From: Bdellovibrionota bacterium | Lineage (GTDB): Bacteria > Bdellovibrionota_C > UBA2361 | Assembly (NCBI GenBank): GCA_044352465.1 | Contig: JBILDU010000073.1 | Location: forward strand, 1 to 15,563 | Direction: 5' to 3' | Length of the DNA: 15,563 nucleotides | Shown here: positions 1 through 8,577 of the stretch, piece after piece | Layout: each line of letters starts with the position of its first letter | Numbering within the stretch: position 1 is the first letter of the stretch | Translations under genes and position numbers: made by a program | Notes under the pieces: generated by a model | What the model saw: the letters and a program-made list of their open reading frames with translations, nothing else | Told to the model about the DNA's origin: nothing | Databases searched by the model: none

Positions 1-1
1 T

Positions 2-631
2 GGTACGGTAGGCGTCCCACCAGCTGAGGTTGTCATCGTCGGTGCTGGTATCGCTGGGCGAGGTGCCTGTGAGATGGCGGCCGGTTCCGGCGCCCATGTG
101 ACCGTCCTCGACATCGACTACTCGAAACTCGAGCGGATTCGCACCGAATTCGGCGCGCAGGTTGCCACGGTCCATTCAACTCCCGGCTCACTTGCCCGTG
201 CGGTCGCAAACGCCGACCTCCTCATCGGCGCGGTGCTGGTGCCTGGTGCCGCCGCTCCGAAGATCATCACCCGCGATATGGTCAAAAACATGAAAAAGGG
301 CGCGGTATTCGTCGATATCAGTATCGACCAAGGCGGGTGCGCTGAGACGATCAAGCCCACATCGCTCGATGCGCCGGTCTTTACCGAGGAAGGGGTCATC
401 CATTACGGCGTGTGCAACATGCCGGCTCAAACCCCCCGCACCTCGACGATGGCGCTCACCGCAGCAACCCTGCCGTACGTGATGAAACTCGCTGATAGCG
501 GATTGGCTGCGCTGGAGAGCAATAAGCCGCTCCGGAACGCCCTCAATACCCATCAAGGGCTTCTCACGAACGAACTCGTCTCGAAAGCGGTGTCGATTAA
601 ATTCACCGCCATCGAACAAGCGCTCCGCTAG
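2..631 (+). CDS. ald: Alanine dehydrogenase, C-terminal part (5' end outside window)
   Basis: Frame is open from base 2 (GTVGVPPAEVVIVGAGIAG, Rossmann GxGxxG), followed by ADLLIGAVLVPGAAAPKI, VDISIDQGGCAET and HYGVCNMPAQTPRTSTMALT, all characteristic AlaDH motifs. Confidence 0.95.
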   Translation, partial: GTVGVPPAEVVIVGAGIAGRGACEMAAGSGAHVTVLDIDYSKLERIRTEFGAQVATVHSTPGSLARAVANADLLIGAVLVPGAAAPKIITRDMVKNMKKGAVFVDISIDQGGCAETIKPTSLDAPVFTEEGVIHYGVCNMPAQTPRTSTMALTAATLPYVMKLADSGLAALESNKPLRNALNTHQGLLTNELVSKAVSIKFTAIEQALR

Positions 632-676
632 CAAAGTTACCGGCCATAGAGCCGGAAACAAAGACGCTGCGCTTCG

Positions 677-703
677 AACGCCCGCTCCCGCGGGCGTTTT
701 TTT
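677..703 (+). terminator. Intrinsic terminator of ald
   Basis: AACGCCCGC-TCCC-GCGGGCGTT perfect stem running into a T7 tract, about 45 nt after the ald stop. Confidence 0.85.
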
Positions 704-789
704 GCATTAAAGCGAAAGGGGAGATAATCGCGCCCTGATCCAATCGATAGCGGCGCTTTATGAAACTCCTGAGCGCCGCCGCCGCACCA

Positions 790-819
790 AATAGAAAACC
801 CCGCTTCGGCGGGGCTTTC
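790..819 (-). terminator. Intrinsic terminator of the minCDE transcript
   Basis: Minus strand reads GAAAG-CCCCGC-CGAA-GCGGGG-TTTTCTATT, a GC stem plus U-rich tail about 95 nt past the minE stop. Confidence 0.75.
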
Positions 820-912
820 GTAAGACTATTTCAAGGAGGGCCAAGCGCAGGGAGCACTTCTAGCTACGGGAGGACCCCAAGCTTCTTGGCGCTCGGTCTC
901 CCCAAAAGCTTT

Positions 913-1257
913 CTACGCCTCAGCTACCGTCTGCGGCTCCTCAGCTGCGGCACGCTTCTTCTTCCCGGTCCCGGTCGCTGAGGTCGATTCGGTCAACTCT
1001 TTGCGCCGCACCAGCACAGGGGAGTTAATGAGCAGAGTTGTCATGCCCTCCTCCCGCTTATACGACACATCGAACCCTTCTGGATTAATCTCAAAAAAAC
1101 GTTCAATCACCCCCACGAGTTCACGCTTAAACTGCGCCATCTCGTCCCCCGTCAGGCCGGTGCGATCGTTCACGAGCACGAAGTGCAGCCGGCTTTTGGC
1201 AAGGCCCTTACTTGAACTGTTCGAACCGAAGATTTTTTGTTTAAGTGCTGCGAACAC
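913..1257 (-). CDS. minE: Cell division topological specificity factor MinE (with C-terminal extension)
   Basis: N-terminal amphipathic MFAALKQKIFG, then SKGLAKSRLHFVLVNDR (AKxRLxxxxxxDR motif) and LLINSPV; directly downstream of minD; GTG start with GAGAGG RBS. Confidence 0.92.
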   Translation of the reverse strand: MFAALKQKIFGSNSSSKGLAKSRLHFVLVNDRTGLTGDEMAQFKRELVGVIERFFEINPEGFDVSYKREEGMTTLLINSPVLVRRKELTESTSATGTGKKKRAAAEEPQTVAEA

Positions 1258-1280
1258 GGCTAGGACCTCTCTTTAATATA

Positions 1281-1306
1281 AAACTCAATTTACCGCCCGG
1301 GTTACA
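1281..1306 (-). promoter_or_regulatory. Candidate ECF-type internal promoter for minE
   Basis: Minus strand TGTAAC-N15-AGTTT in the 69-nt minD-minE gap; resembles AAC...GTT-type ECF promoters. By-eye match only. Confidence 0.3.
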
Positions 1307-1326
1307 CTGCGTTTTTGATTACTTCC

Positions 1327-2154
1327 CTAAGCGCTCAGCCGCCGGCTAATTCGATCCCACAGAGTCTGCGCTCCAAACTTCGGAAACGGCACAGTCTCCC
1401 CACACAACCGACTGGCGATCCGAGCGAACGCCTCACCGGCACGGGACTTCGGATTGTAAACCACCGGCTCCCCGGTGTTGGCAGCCACAATCACCTGCTC
1501 ATCCCGCTCGATAACACCCACGAGATCGATGCCCAGGATATCCTGAACATCTTCCACCGAGAGCATATCCCCTCGCTTCACCATATCGAAATCGATACGG
1601 TTAATAATCAGCGACGGCTCGATACCCCGTGCGGTTAGAAGCCCTACCACACGGTCCGCATCCCGAATCGCCGAGACCTCGGGGGTCGTGACGATGAGAG
1701 CGCGGTCAGCAGCGGCGCAGGCGTTCTTGAACCCCTGTTCAATTCCCGCCGGGGAATCAACCAAGACGAAATGAAACTCACGGCGGAACTGATTAAGCGC
1801 CGCCCGGATCTCGTTCTCATCAACCACGTCCTTATCATCGGTCTGGGAGGCCGGAAGAAGGAAGAGGTTATTTGACTTCTTTGACTTGATAATCGCTTGG
1901 GAGGGCTTGCAAGCGTTCTTCGCGACATCCACGAGATTGAATACGATTCGATTCTCAAGCCCCATAATCACGTCGAGGTTCCGGAGCCCGATATCAGCAT
2001 CGACGACGAGGGTCCGCTTCCCTTTAAGGGCCAAGGCGGCGCCGAGGCTGGCGGTAGTCGTCGTTTTACCGACCCCGCCCTTTCCCGAGGTCACCACGAT
2101 AATTTCGCCCTCATTTTTCTTCACACCACTCGCCGTCCCATTCTTTCCAGTCAT
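1327..2154 (-). CDS. minD: Septum site-determining ATPase MinD
   Basis: Deviant Walker A SGKGGVGKTTTTA, DADIGLRNLDVIMGLENRIVF, DSPAGIEQGF, PEVSAIRDADR and C-terminal membrane-targeting helix LWDRISRRLS. Confidence 0.98.
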   Translation of the reverse strand: MTGKNGTASGVKKNEGEIIVVTSGKGGVGKTTTTASLGAALALKGKRTLVVDADIGLRNLDVIMGLENRIVFNLVDVAKNACKPSQAIIKSKKSNNLFLLPASQTDDKDVVDENEIRAALNQFRREFHFVLVDSPAGIEQGFKNACAAADRALIVTTPEVSAIRDADRVVGLLTARGIEPSLIINRIDFDMVKRGDMLSVEDVQDILGIDLVGVIERDEQVIVAANTGEPVVYNPKSRAGEAFARIASRLCGETVPFPKFGAQTLWDRISRRLSA

Positions 2155-2226
2155 CGCCTCACCCCTCTCCAGTCTTCGCGTTATTCCGCTTTAAAAAGCC
2201 CACAAAAAAGTCTTTCCGAGCCCCGG

Positions 2227-3138
2227 TTATTTACCACCGAGCCTTCGCCGCACCCCGCTGGCCTTGGCCTGATACGGCTCAACCACGATCAGGTTCCCAT
2301 CGACCCGCGCCACCTCGGCGATCGCCTGAGCGGCACCACTCGCGCCCCCCCGGGAGATAACCCCTCCGATCCGAAGCTGAGTCGGCTGCAAGTTCAAGGC
2401 GAAGATCACCCGTCCCCCACCGGTCTCATCGTAGGCCCCCGCATGGGCAACCCCACGGAGAGTGCCGAGAACAACGATATCCCCTCCGGCAACGATCTCT
2501 CCCCCGGAGTTCACATCGCCAAAGACCACCACTGAATGCTCTGTCTCGATCTTTTGACCTGAGCGAACCACGCCGTGGATCATCCGGGTATCCGGGTCGT
2601 CCCACAAAGCACCATCACTCGCCATCGCTGCCCGAGACTCGCCCCCGTCGGCGAGGTTCCCGGCGTCCCTAAGCCCAAGAGCATCAATCCCACCAAAGAG
2701 CCCCGCCGACCGAGTCGCCTCCTCGGCCTCAACGACCGGACGCTTCGATTCAACCCGCCGCACCCGCGAGTCAAGACCGGGCTTCGAATCAAAATTCGGC
2801 TCGCTACGTAGCTGCTCCTCCCTCATCACCGGGAACTCTCGCTCACGGAGCCGCGACGCCTTCACGTTGACACCAAAGTCGGCGTTCATCTCCGCCGAAA
2901 GGTCGGCAACAAAATCATCCGCGGGGCGACTCCCAACCCACTCAAGCGCGACATCGTTCCCCTCGAGAAAGGAGCGTCGGGACGACATAAACTCACGAAC
3001 AGCCTCACGGAGGCTCTCTGGATCAACCCGACCATCGAGACGGATAATCAACCCATCAGCGGTACCCCGCGCGGTCACAATCCCACCCCGCACAACACCG
3101 CCCTCAGCGCTCATTGTGCCGCTATCACCGCTATCCAT
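2227..3138 (-). CDS. minC: Septum site-determining protein MinC
   Basis: C-terminal beta-helix VVRSGQKI...VVFGDVNSGGEIVAGGDIVVLGTLRGVAHAGA and N-terminal RGTADGLIIRLD. Start placed at ATG 3138 (GGAG 7 nt upstream) instead of GTG 3213. Confidence 0.93.
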   Translation of the reverse strand: MDSGDSGTMSAEGGVVRGGIVTARGTADGLIIRLDGRVDPESLREAVREFMSSRRSFLEGNDVALEWVGSRPADDFVADLSAEMNADFGVNVKASRLREREFPVMREEQLRSEPNFDSKPGLDSRVRRVESKRPVVEAEEATRSAGLFGGIDALGLRDAGNLADGGESRAAMASDGALWDDPDTRMIHGVVRSGQKIETEHSVVVFGDVNSGGEIVAGGDIVVLGTLRGVAHAGAYDETGGGRVIFALNLQPTQLRIGGVISRGGASGAAQAIAEVARVDGNLIVVEPYQAKASGVRRRLGGK

Positions 3139-3241
3139 GTACCGCTCCGCTGAACTTCGAGCTCCACTCTGACCCCACCGACGCCGCCAAAAGAACGGCA
3201 CAGATTCAGCCACTTACGAAGACTCGAATTAGTTTAAGTGA

Positions 3242-3271
3242 CTTATAGCAAAGGGCTAGCCGAACCGTCAA
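3242..3271 (-). promoter_or_regulatory. Sigma70-type promoter of minCDE
   Basis: Minus strand TTGACG-N18-TATAAG with extended -10 TG (TGCTATAAG) in the divergent minC/pgpA gap. Confidence 0.6.
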
Positions 3272-3318
3272 CAAACATTATTGCACCGCACTACCCCCGA
3301 TTTGATAGTGTAGACGGA

Positions 3319-3822
3319 ATGAACACCCGACCCCCCGCGCAGCGCGCCTCAATTCACTTCATCCTCGCCTCCGGACTCTTCTCGGGGTGTTTTTCGAAAG
3401 CACCTGGCACAATCGGCTCCCTCGCCTGCCTGATAGTGTGGCTCCTCGGAGCACATCTGGGCTTTGGGCACTCGCCCCCTGAGGCCATCGCCGCCGTGAT
3501 CGCCGTTGCCGCGCTCGGCCTGTGGTCCACCAAACGATGCCTCGCTGAGCTCGCTCAGAATGGAGAAGGCGCCACCGATCCCCAGTTTATCGTCATCGAC
3601 GAATGGGCGGGGCTCCTTATCCCCCTGGCCCTGGCCACCCCCACAGAGCCACTCGAATGGTTCGGTGCCTTAGCCCTTTTTCGAGCCTTCGATATCCTAA
3701 AGCCGTGGCCGGTCAGCGCCGCCGAGGGACTCCCGGGCGCTTGGGGGGTTATGGCCGACGACCTCGTTGCGGGGGGACTCGCTGCCGCCGTATTGTACGG
3801 GGGAATTCGGTTGTTCGCGTAA
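3319..3822 (+). CDS. pgpA: Phosphatidylglycerophosphatase A family protein
   Basis: SKAPGTIGS, DPQFIVIDEWAG, LFRAFDILKPWPV and GVMADDLVAG motifs with several TM segments; ATG 3319 preferred because GTG 3238 overlaps the min promoter. Confidence 0.93.
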   Translation: MNTRPPAQRASIHFILASGLFSGCFSKAPGTIGSLACLIVWLLGAHLGFGHSPPEAIAAVIAVAALGLWSTKRCLAELAQNGEGATDPQFIVIDEWAGLLIPLALATPTEPLEWFGALALFRAFDILKPWPVSAAEGLPGAWGVMADDLVAGGLAAAVLYGGIRLFA

Positions 3823-3827
3823 AAGTT

Positions 3828-4868
3828 ATGCCCCAGCTTCGCTCCTTCATCTCACTCATCGCTTGCGGCACCCTTCTGGGAGGGTGTAGCCCGGCGTACG
3901 TAGTCGAGGCGGCTTACACGCACTCAAAGATCCTCCTTGGCCGCGAGCGGATCGAACGGGTGATCGCCGCCCCCGAGACCCCAGACAACGAACGGGAAAA
4001 ACTCGCCACGGTTCTTGCCGCACGCCGCTTCGCGCAACAGATGGGGCTCGATCCCGGCGAATCGTTCACCAAATACTCCCGCATCGATGGGGATGTCCTG
4101 GCCTGGATCGTCGCTGGGGCGAAGCCGGATGCGTTTGAGCTCCATACCTGGTGGTTCCCCATCGTGGGGACCGTGCCCTACAAAGGATACTTTGATCGTG
4201 TCGACGCAGAGACCGAAGCGACACGCCTGACCTCGCAAGGGTTCGAAACCTGGGTGCGTGGCACGGAGGCGTTTAGCACACTCGGATGGTTTAACGACCC
4301 GGTACTGTCGACCACCCTCCGGCACGACCACAACTCGATCGCCAATACGGTCATCCACGAGTCGGTCCACTCCACAGTCTGGATTCCTAATCATGTCGAT
4401 TTTAATGAGAGTCTCGCTAATTTTATCGGTGCGAGGGGAGCGCTCGACTTCGCTCGCTCCCTGACCCCGCCGAACGAGACGCTTGTGCAAGCGGCTGAAA
4501 CTGCGCTTGCGCGCGAGATGGAGATCGGTGCTGCGGTGATGCGCCTCTATGGCGCGCTCGACGAGCTGTACAAGAGCGCGCTGACGCAAGCGGAGAAGCT
4601 CACTCAACGAAGCGCCATCTTTGAGCGTGAAATAGCCCCGGTGCGCTCGGCCTATCCCAACCTAAAAATATTAAAATCGATCAACAACGCCGAGATTATC
4701 CAACTGAAACTCTATCTCACCAACCTTCCGGATTTCGCCGCCCTTTTTGCGCGCACAGACGGTGACTGGCCACGCTTCCTCGAACAGATCAGAGTGATTC
4801 GTTCGCAAGTCGAAGCTGACGAGTCCACCGACCCGTTCGCCCTACTGAAAAAATTAGCCGCCTCTTAA
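3828..4868 (+). CDS. Putative zinc aminopeptidase lipoprotein (Aminopep/DUF2265-like)
   Basis: Start ATG 3828, 5 nt after the pgpA stop; signal ending in lipobox LGG-C; WWFPIVGTVPYKGYF, AFSTLGWFNDP and HESVH...FNESLA (HExxH plus distal E). Confidence 0.85.
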   Translation: MPQLRSFISLIACGTLLGGCSPAYVVEAAYTHSKILLGRERIERVIAAPETPDNEREKLATVLAARRFAQQMGLDPGESFTKYSRIDGDVLAWIVAGAKPDAFELHTWWFPIVGTVPYKGYFDRVDAETEATRLTSQGFETWVRGTEAFSTLGWFNDPVLSTTLRHDHNSIANTVIHESVHSTVWIPNHVDFNESLANFIGARGALDFARSLTPPNETLVQAAETALAREMEIGAAVMRLYGALDELYKSALTQAEKLTQRSAIFEREIAPVRSAYPNLKILKSINNAEIIQLKLYLTNLPDFAALFARTDGDWPRFLEQIRVIRSQVEADESTDPFALLKKLAAS

Positions 4869-4880
4869 GGAGCTCGCCCG

Positions 4881-5828
4881 ATGAACTTCGCCGATAGACT
4901 CGCCGCATCGATCTCCCGCGCAAACAGCTTTATCGTCGCCGGATTCGACCCCCAACTGGAAACGTTTCCCGAGACCATCCTCAACGATGCGGCCCAGACG
5001 ACCCAGACCGAGGAGGACTTCGTGTACACCGCGCTCACCTCCTTCTATCTTCTCGCGCTCGAAGCGCTCACCCCCCACATCGCGGCGGTAAAGCCGAACA
5101 TCGCCTTCTTTGAGCAATACGGCCTCGGGGGCCTCCGCGCTTTCGGTACGGTGTGCCAAGCCGCGCGGGAGCACCGTCTCCCTGTCATCGCCGACGCAAA
5201 GCGTGGAGACATCGGCTCAACCGCCCAGGCCTACAGCCGGGCGTTCCTCGGCAAGTCTGAGGTTATGGGCCGCAAGATCGCCACCTGGGAGGTTGATTCG
5301 GTGACGGTGAACCCTTTCATGGGGTTCGATACCATCGCCCCGTTCATCGAGGACTGCGTGGCTCATCAAAAGGGGATCTTTGTTCTCGTGAAGACTTCGA
5401 ATCCAGGGTCGGGGGATATCCAGGGGATTCAGGCACTCGACACGAAGCTTGATATCAGCACCGCGGTAGCGCAGTGGCTCGACCGAGAGGGACGCCGACT
5501 CATCGGTGAATGCGGCTTCTCAAGCCTCGGAGCCGTTGTCGGAGCGCCATATCCCGACGAGGCCAAACGGCTCCGCGAGCTGATGCCACGAAACCTCTTC
5601 CTCATCCCCGGAATGGGTGCCCAGGGTGGGACCGCCGCCGATGCGGTGGCGGGATTCGGCACAACACCAACAGGCGCGCCCCACGGAGCGCTGATTAACC
5701 TCTCCCGCGGGCTTCTCTCGGCCTTTTCAAGCCGCGCCATCCCACGCGAGTCCCTGCGTCACGAGCTGATCGCCAACGCACAGCAAACAAACCGCGCCAT
5801 CGCCGCAGCCCTTACCGACCTCCGATGA
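4881..5828 (+). CDS. pyrF: Orotidine-5'-phosphate decarboxylase (subfamily 2 type)
   Basis: GFDP, AVKPNIAFFE, DAKRGDIGST (DxKxxDIxxT), KTSNPGS, GAVVGA, LIPGMGAQGG and NLSR; AAGGAG RBS. Confidence 0.96.
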   Translation: MNFADRLAASISRANSFIVAGFDPQLETFPETILNDAAQTTQTEEDFVYTALTSFYLLALEALTPHIAAVKPNIAFFEQYGLGGLRAFGTVCQAAREHRLPVIADAKRGDIGSTAQAYSRAFLGKSEVMGRKIATWEVDSVTVNPFMGFDTIAPFIEDCVAHQKGIFVLVKTSNPGSGDIQGIQALDTKLDISTAVAQWLDREGRRLIGECGFSSLGAVVGAPYPDEAKRLRELMPRNLFLIPGMGAQGGTAADAVAGFGTTPTGAPHGALINLSRGLLSAFSSRAIPRESLRHELIANAQQTNRAIAAALTDLR

Positions 5829-5915
5829 AGACTTTACTTTAACCCCTCGCAGGACTATACCACTCTTCTTTCCACGCTCCTTTTCGTTCTCGCCCCTAGA
5901 GTAGCCGTTCCCCCG

Positions 5916-5964
5916 CTTCCCTCTCGTCGTGCACGACAAACGCTTGCGCCCGACGAGAGGGAAG
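5916..5964. repeat. Perfect 14-bp inverted repeat (hairpin)
   Basis: CTTCCCTCTCGTCG (5916-5929) and CGACGAGAGGGAAG (5951-5964), 21-nt spacer, no U tract. Confidence 0.85.
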
Positions 5965-6038
5965 AGCTGAAGACTCGTGGTTTTCAGAGATAAATATCCC
6001 TTTATCGAGAGGTTCTCTGTTTCGAAAGGAGCATCCCC

Positions 6039-6272
6039 ATGGATGGCCCCTCATTCATTTTGGCGCTCGAAGGCACTCGTCCGATCACGCGCGAAGAGGT
6101 ACTGGAGCCCGGCGAAGTTCGTCTCTCCGTCATCCAAGAGAGTTCGGTCACCCGCGTTGCCATCCCGGAAAGCGCAGTCAACCGGGTGATGGCGTACGCG
6201 GAGCTGAACGGCGGCCAGGTCTGTCGGAACCGCGATCTGGTGTCGGTGATCCTGCCACCTCAGCGTGCCTGA
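6039..6272 (+). CDS. Small hypothetical protein (77 aa)
   Basis: AAAGGAG RBS 7 nt before ATG; GC3-rich codons like neighbouring genes; fills an otherwise empty gap; no family recognised. Confidence 0.65.
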   Translation: MDGPSFILALEGTRPITREEVLEPGEVRLSVIQESSVTRVAIPESAVNRVMAYAELNGGQVCRNRDLVSVILPPQRA

Positions 6273-6300
6273 CCAGCCATCGGACCAGCGATGAGGTTTT

Positions 6301-6336
6301 GGGCCGGTGATCGAGCTCACCCTCGATCACCGGCCC
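6301..6336. repeat. Perfect 15-bp inverted repeat, possible terminator or 3' stabilising hairpin
   Basis: GGGCCGGTGATCGAG-CTCACC-CTCGATCACCGGCCC, 28 nt after the small ORF stop; followed by a pyrimidine-rich stretch but no clean U tract. Confidence 0.8.
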
Positions 6337-6436
6337 CGAACGTTTCCGTCTTCCGCTCTTTACCTCTACCCTTTGGTTGACTCACCCATCGTTTGACTCC
6401 CCGAATCTTTCCATGGTCTTATACGGGACTGCCCGT

Positions 6437-8527
6437 ATGAAGCTCATCCCAAAATCCTCCCCACTCATCGCGACCTCTCTTATGGCTGCCGACAGCGGCT
6501 TTGCTCCTGGCGCGCTCGTCATGTACGAGAACGACGGTGCGCCCCTCATCGGAGCAGTGCTGGGCTATAAGAAGCAAAAGTATCAAGTACTCAACAACCG
6601 CGGGCGTGAGATCGAGCTTCAACCGATACGGCTCCACCGCCTACCGGAAAAACTCCCCGGGGAGCTTGGCACCATTGAGACAAAGACAAAGTTTCTCGCC
6701 GAGCTCTACGACCGGTGTCATGCAAATGCGCTCACTCTCAACCTCGAAGAGATCTGGACGTTTGTTCACGACGAACCGGGCGAGCACTCAACTACCCGAC
6801 TGTGTCAAAGCTATTTCGGTAGCGAGGACCTCGAGAAACACCTTACCGTGAGACTCGCCCTCATCGGCGACAAGATCTATTTCAAGCGGAAAGATGACGA
6901 GTTTGCGGCGCGCTCCCCCGAGACCGTCCTCGAACTCAAAAAAGGCGAGGAGAATCGCCTCAAAAAAATGGGGGTGCAGGAGAGTTTTTGCGCGACATGC
7001 GCGCGCCGCCGCACCGACCCGACCGTGCCTTTTCCACCAGAGACTCACCCGCTCCTGGAGTTACTCGAGGACATCGCGGCGGGGACCCAACATATCGACA
7101 ACAACCGCCACAAAGAGGCTAAAGACCTCGTCAATCTCGTCGCCGAGCGGCTACAAATCGAGCTGGGAGGCACCCGCGAGCAACGCACGATCCAACTCCT
7201 TGAGGCGATCGGACACTTCACGAACGAAACGAACCTCGCGCTCATCCGGCATCGCCCCCCGGAAGATTTCTCCCCCGAGGTGGTCGCCGAGGCACGCGCG
7301 ATCCCGGCCCCCGATCTGACGACCGGCACCTGTATGCGCCGGGATCTGACGGGCATCCGTACGATTACTATCGACGACATCTCAACACGGGATATGGACG
7401 ACGCGGTGTCCCTCGAACGCTCCAATGAGGGCTTCGAGCTCGGAATTCACATCAGCGACGTTGCCTCAACGGTAGCCCTCGGTGGCCCGTTGGACTTCGA
7501 GGGTCGCCGACGTGCCACCTCTATTTACGCCCCTGAGCGAACCATCCACATGTTTCCGGACGAGATTGCGACTGACTCTTGTAGCCTCGTCGCTGGTCAA
7601 AAGCGCGCGACGGTGAGCTGCCTCTTCACTATCGATCGGAACTTCAACGTCACCCATGCTGAGATCGTACCGACCGTGATCGTGGTCACTGAACGGCTCA
7701 CCTACGACGAGGTCGATGCCCGCCTCGAACGAGGCGATCAGTTCCTTAACGACCTCTACAACATCGCGTCCACCCTCGAGGCAGCACGCATCGAAAAAGG
7801 TGCAATCAAGATCCACAAACGCGATATCGCCATCGGCCCCGGTGAGCACGGAGGACTGAAGCTCACCGAGATCGATGAGAACGCACCCTCCCGCGCCCTG
7901 ATCGGTGAGATGATGGTGCTCGCAAACAGCCTCCTCGCGACGTACGCGGCCCAACACGACCTCCCGTGCGTCTTTCGAGGGCAGCCCCCACCCGACCCCG
8001 AGAATCCCCGCGCCCGCAACGTTCCCCCCGGCCCCGCCGCGGATTACGCCGAACGCGCCCGCCTTAAAAAATCGACCACCTCGCTTCAGCCGGAGCGACA
8101 CTCGAGTCTCGCCCTCGATGCGTATGTGCAGGCGACCTCACCGATTCGTCGCTACGCCGATCTATTGAATCAACGCCAGATTCTGAGCCACCTGACCGGA
8201 CAGCCCTTACCGTATTCACGGGAAGGGCTGTGGGAGATCCTCGAAAAACTCGGTAGTCCGCTCGCTCGCGCGCAGGCGATCACCAAAGAGACCCGCCGTT
8301 TCTGGGCGTTGCGCTATATGCGGATGGTTGCCGAGCAGGGCCGCACCATCAAAGCGACGGTACTGCGGACCGATCTAAAGACACCGCTCATTGAGGTCGA
8401 AGAGATCTTCGTTCCGTTTCTCGCACGCATTCCCTTTCCCGTTACCCCCGGCGATGTGGTGAGCTTACGGGTCGGCGCAGTCGACCCCCGGTTCGACCAC
8501 ATCCGCCTCGAAGCGGTTAAAGAATAG
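6437..8527 (+). CDS. rnb: Ribonuclease II / RNB-family 3'-5' exoribonuclease
   Basis: Catalytic TIDDISTRDMDDAVS, GIHISDV, RATSIYAP, EMMVLAN, YVQATSPIRRYADL and an S1-like C terminus. Start uncertain (ATG 6437 with GGGA upstream, or ATG 6482). Confidence 0.9.
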   Translation: MKLIPKSSPLIATSLMAADSGFAPGALVMYENDGAPLIGAVLGYKKQKYQVLNNRGREIELQPIRLHRLPEKLPGELGTIETKTKFLAELYDRCHANALTLNLEEIWTFVHDEPGEHSTTRLCQSYFGSEDLEKHLTVRLALIGDKIYFKRKDDEFAARSPETVLELKKGEENRLKKMGVQESFCATCARRRTDPTVPFPPETHPLLELLEDIAAGTQHIDNNRHKEAKDLVNLVAERLQIELGGTREQRTIQLLEAIGHFTNETNLALIRHRPPEDFSPEVVAEARAIPAPDLTTGTCMRRDLTGIRTITIDDISTRDMDDAVSLERSNEGFELGIHISDVASTVALGGPLDFEGRRRATSIYAPERTIHMFPDEIATDSCSLVAGQKRATVSCLFTIDRNFNVTHAEIVPTVIVVTERLTYDEVDARLERGDQFLNDLYNIASTLEAARIEKGAIKIHKRDIAIGPGEHGGLKLTEIDENAPSRALIGEMMVLANSLLATYAAQHDLPCVFRGQPPPDPENPRARNVPPGPAADYAERARLKKSTTSLQPERHSSLALDAYVQATSPIRRYADLLNQRQILSHLTGQPLPYSREGLWEILEKLGSPLARAQAITKETRRFWALRYMRMVAEQGRTIKATVLRTDLKTPLIEVEEIFVPFLARIPFPVTPGDVVSLRVGAVDPRFDHIRLEAVKE

Positions 8528-8577
8528 CTTTCGCGCCCCTCAAAGGACGGCGCATCGGGTGCCCACAGGTAAGCGTG

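Noticed and set aside
760..981. 73-aa plus-strand ORF
   Set aside because: Runs through a terminator hairpin, overlaps the minE 3' end and has no RBS.
3603..3827. Long N-terminal extension of the aminopeptidase ORF
   Set aside because: Overlaps pgpA in another frame; the lipoprotein signal starts at ATG 3828.
5916..6336. IS/MITE or type I toxin-antitoxin reading of the hairpin-flanked small ORF
   Set aside because: The two hairpins are not inverted copies of each other, no target duplication or transposase is visible, and the peptide has no hydrophobic TM segment.
6377..6399. Tandem TTGACTC upstream of rnb as a promoter
   Set aside because: Neither copy has a convincing -10 at 16-18 nt; not supportable as a feature.
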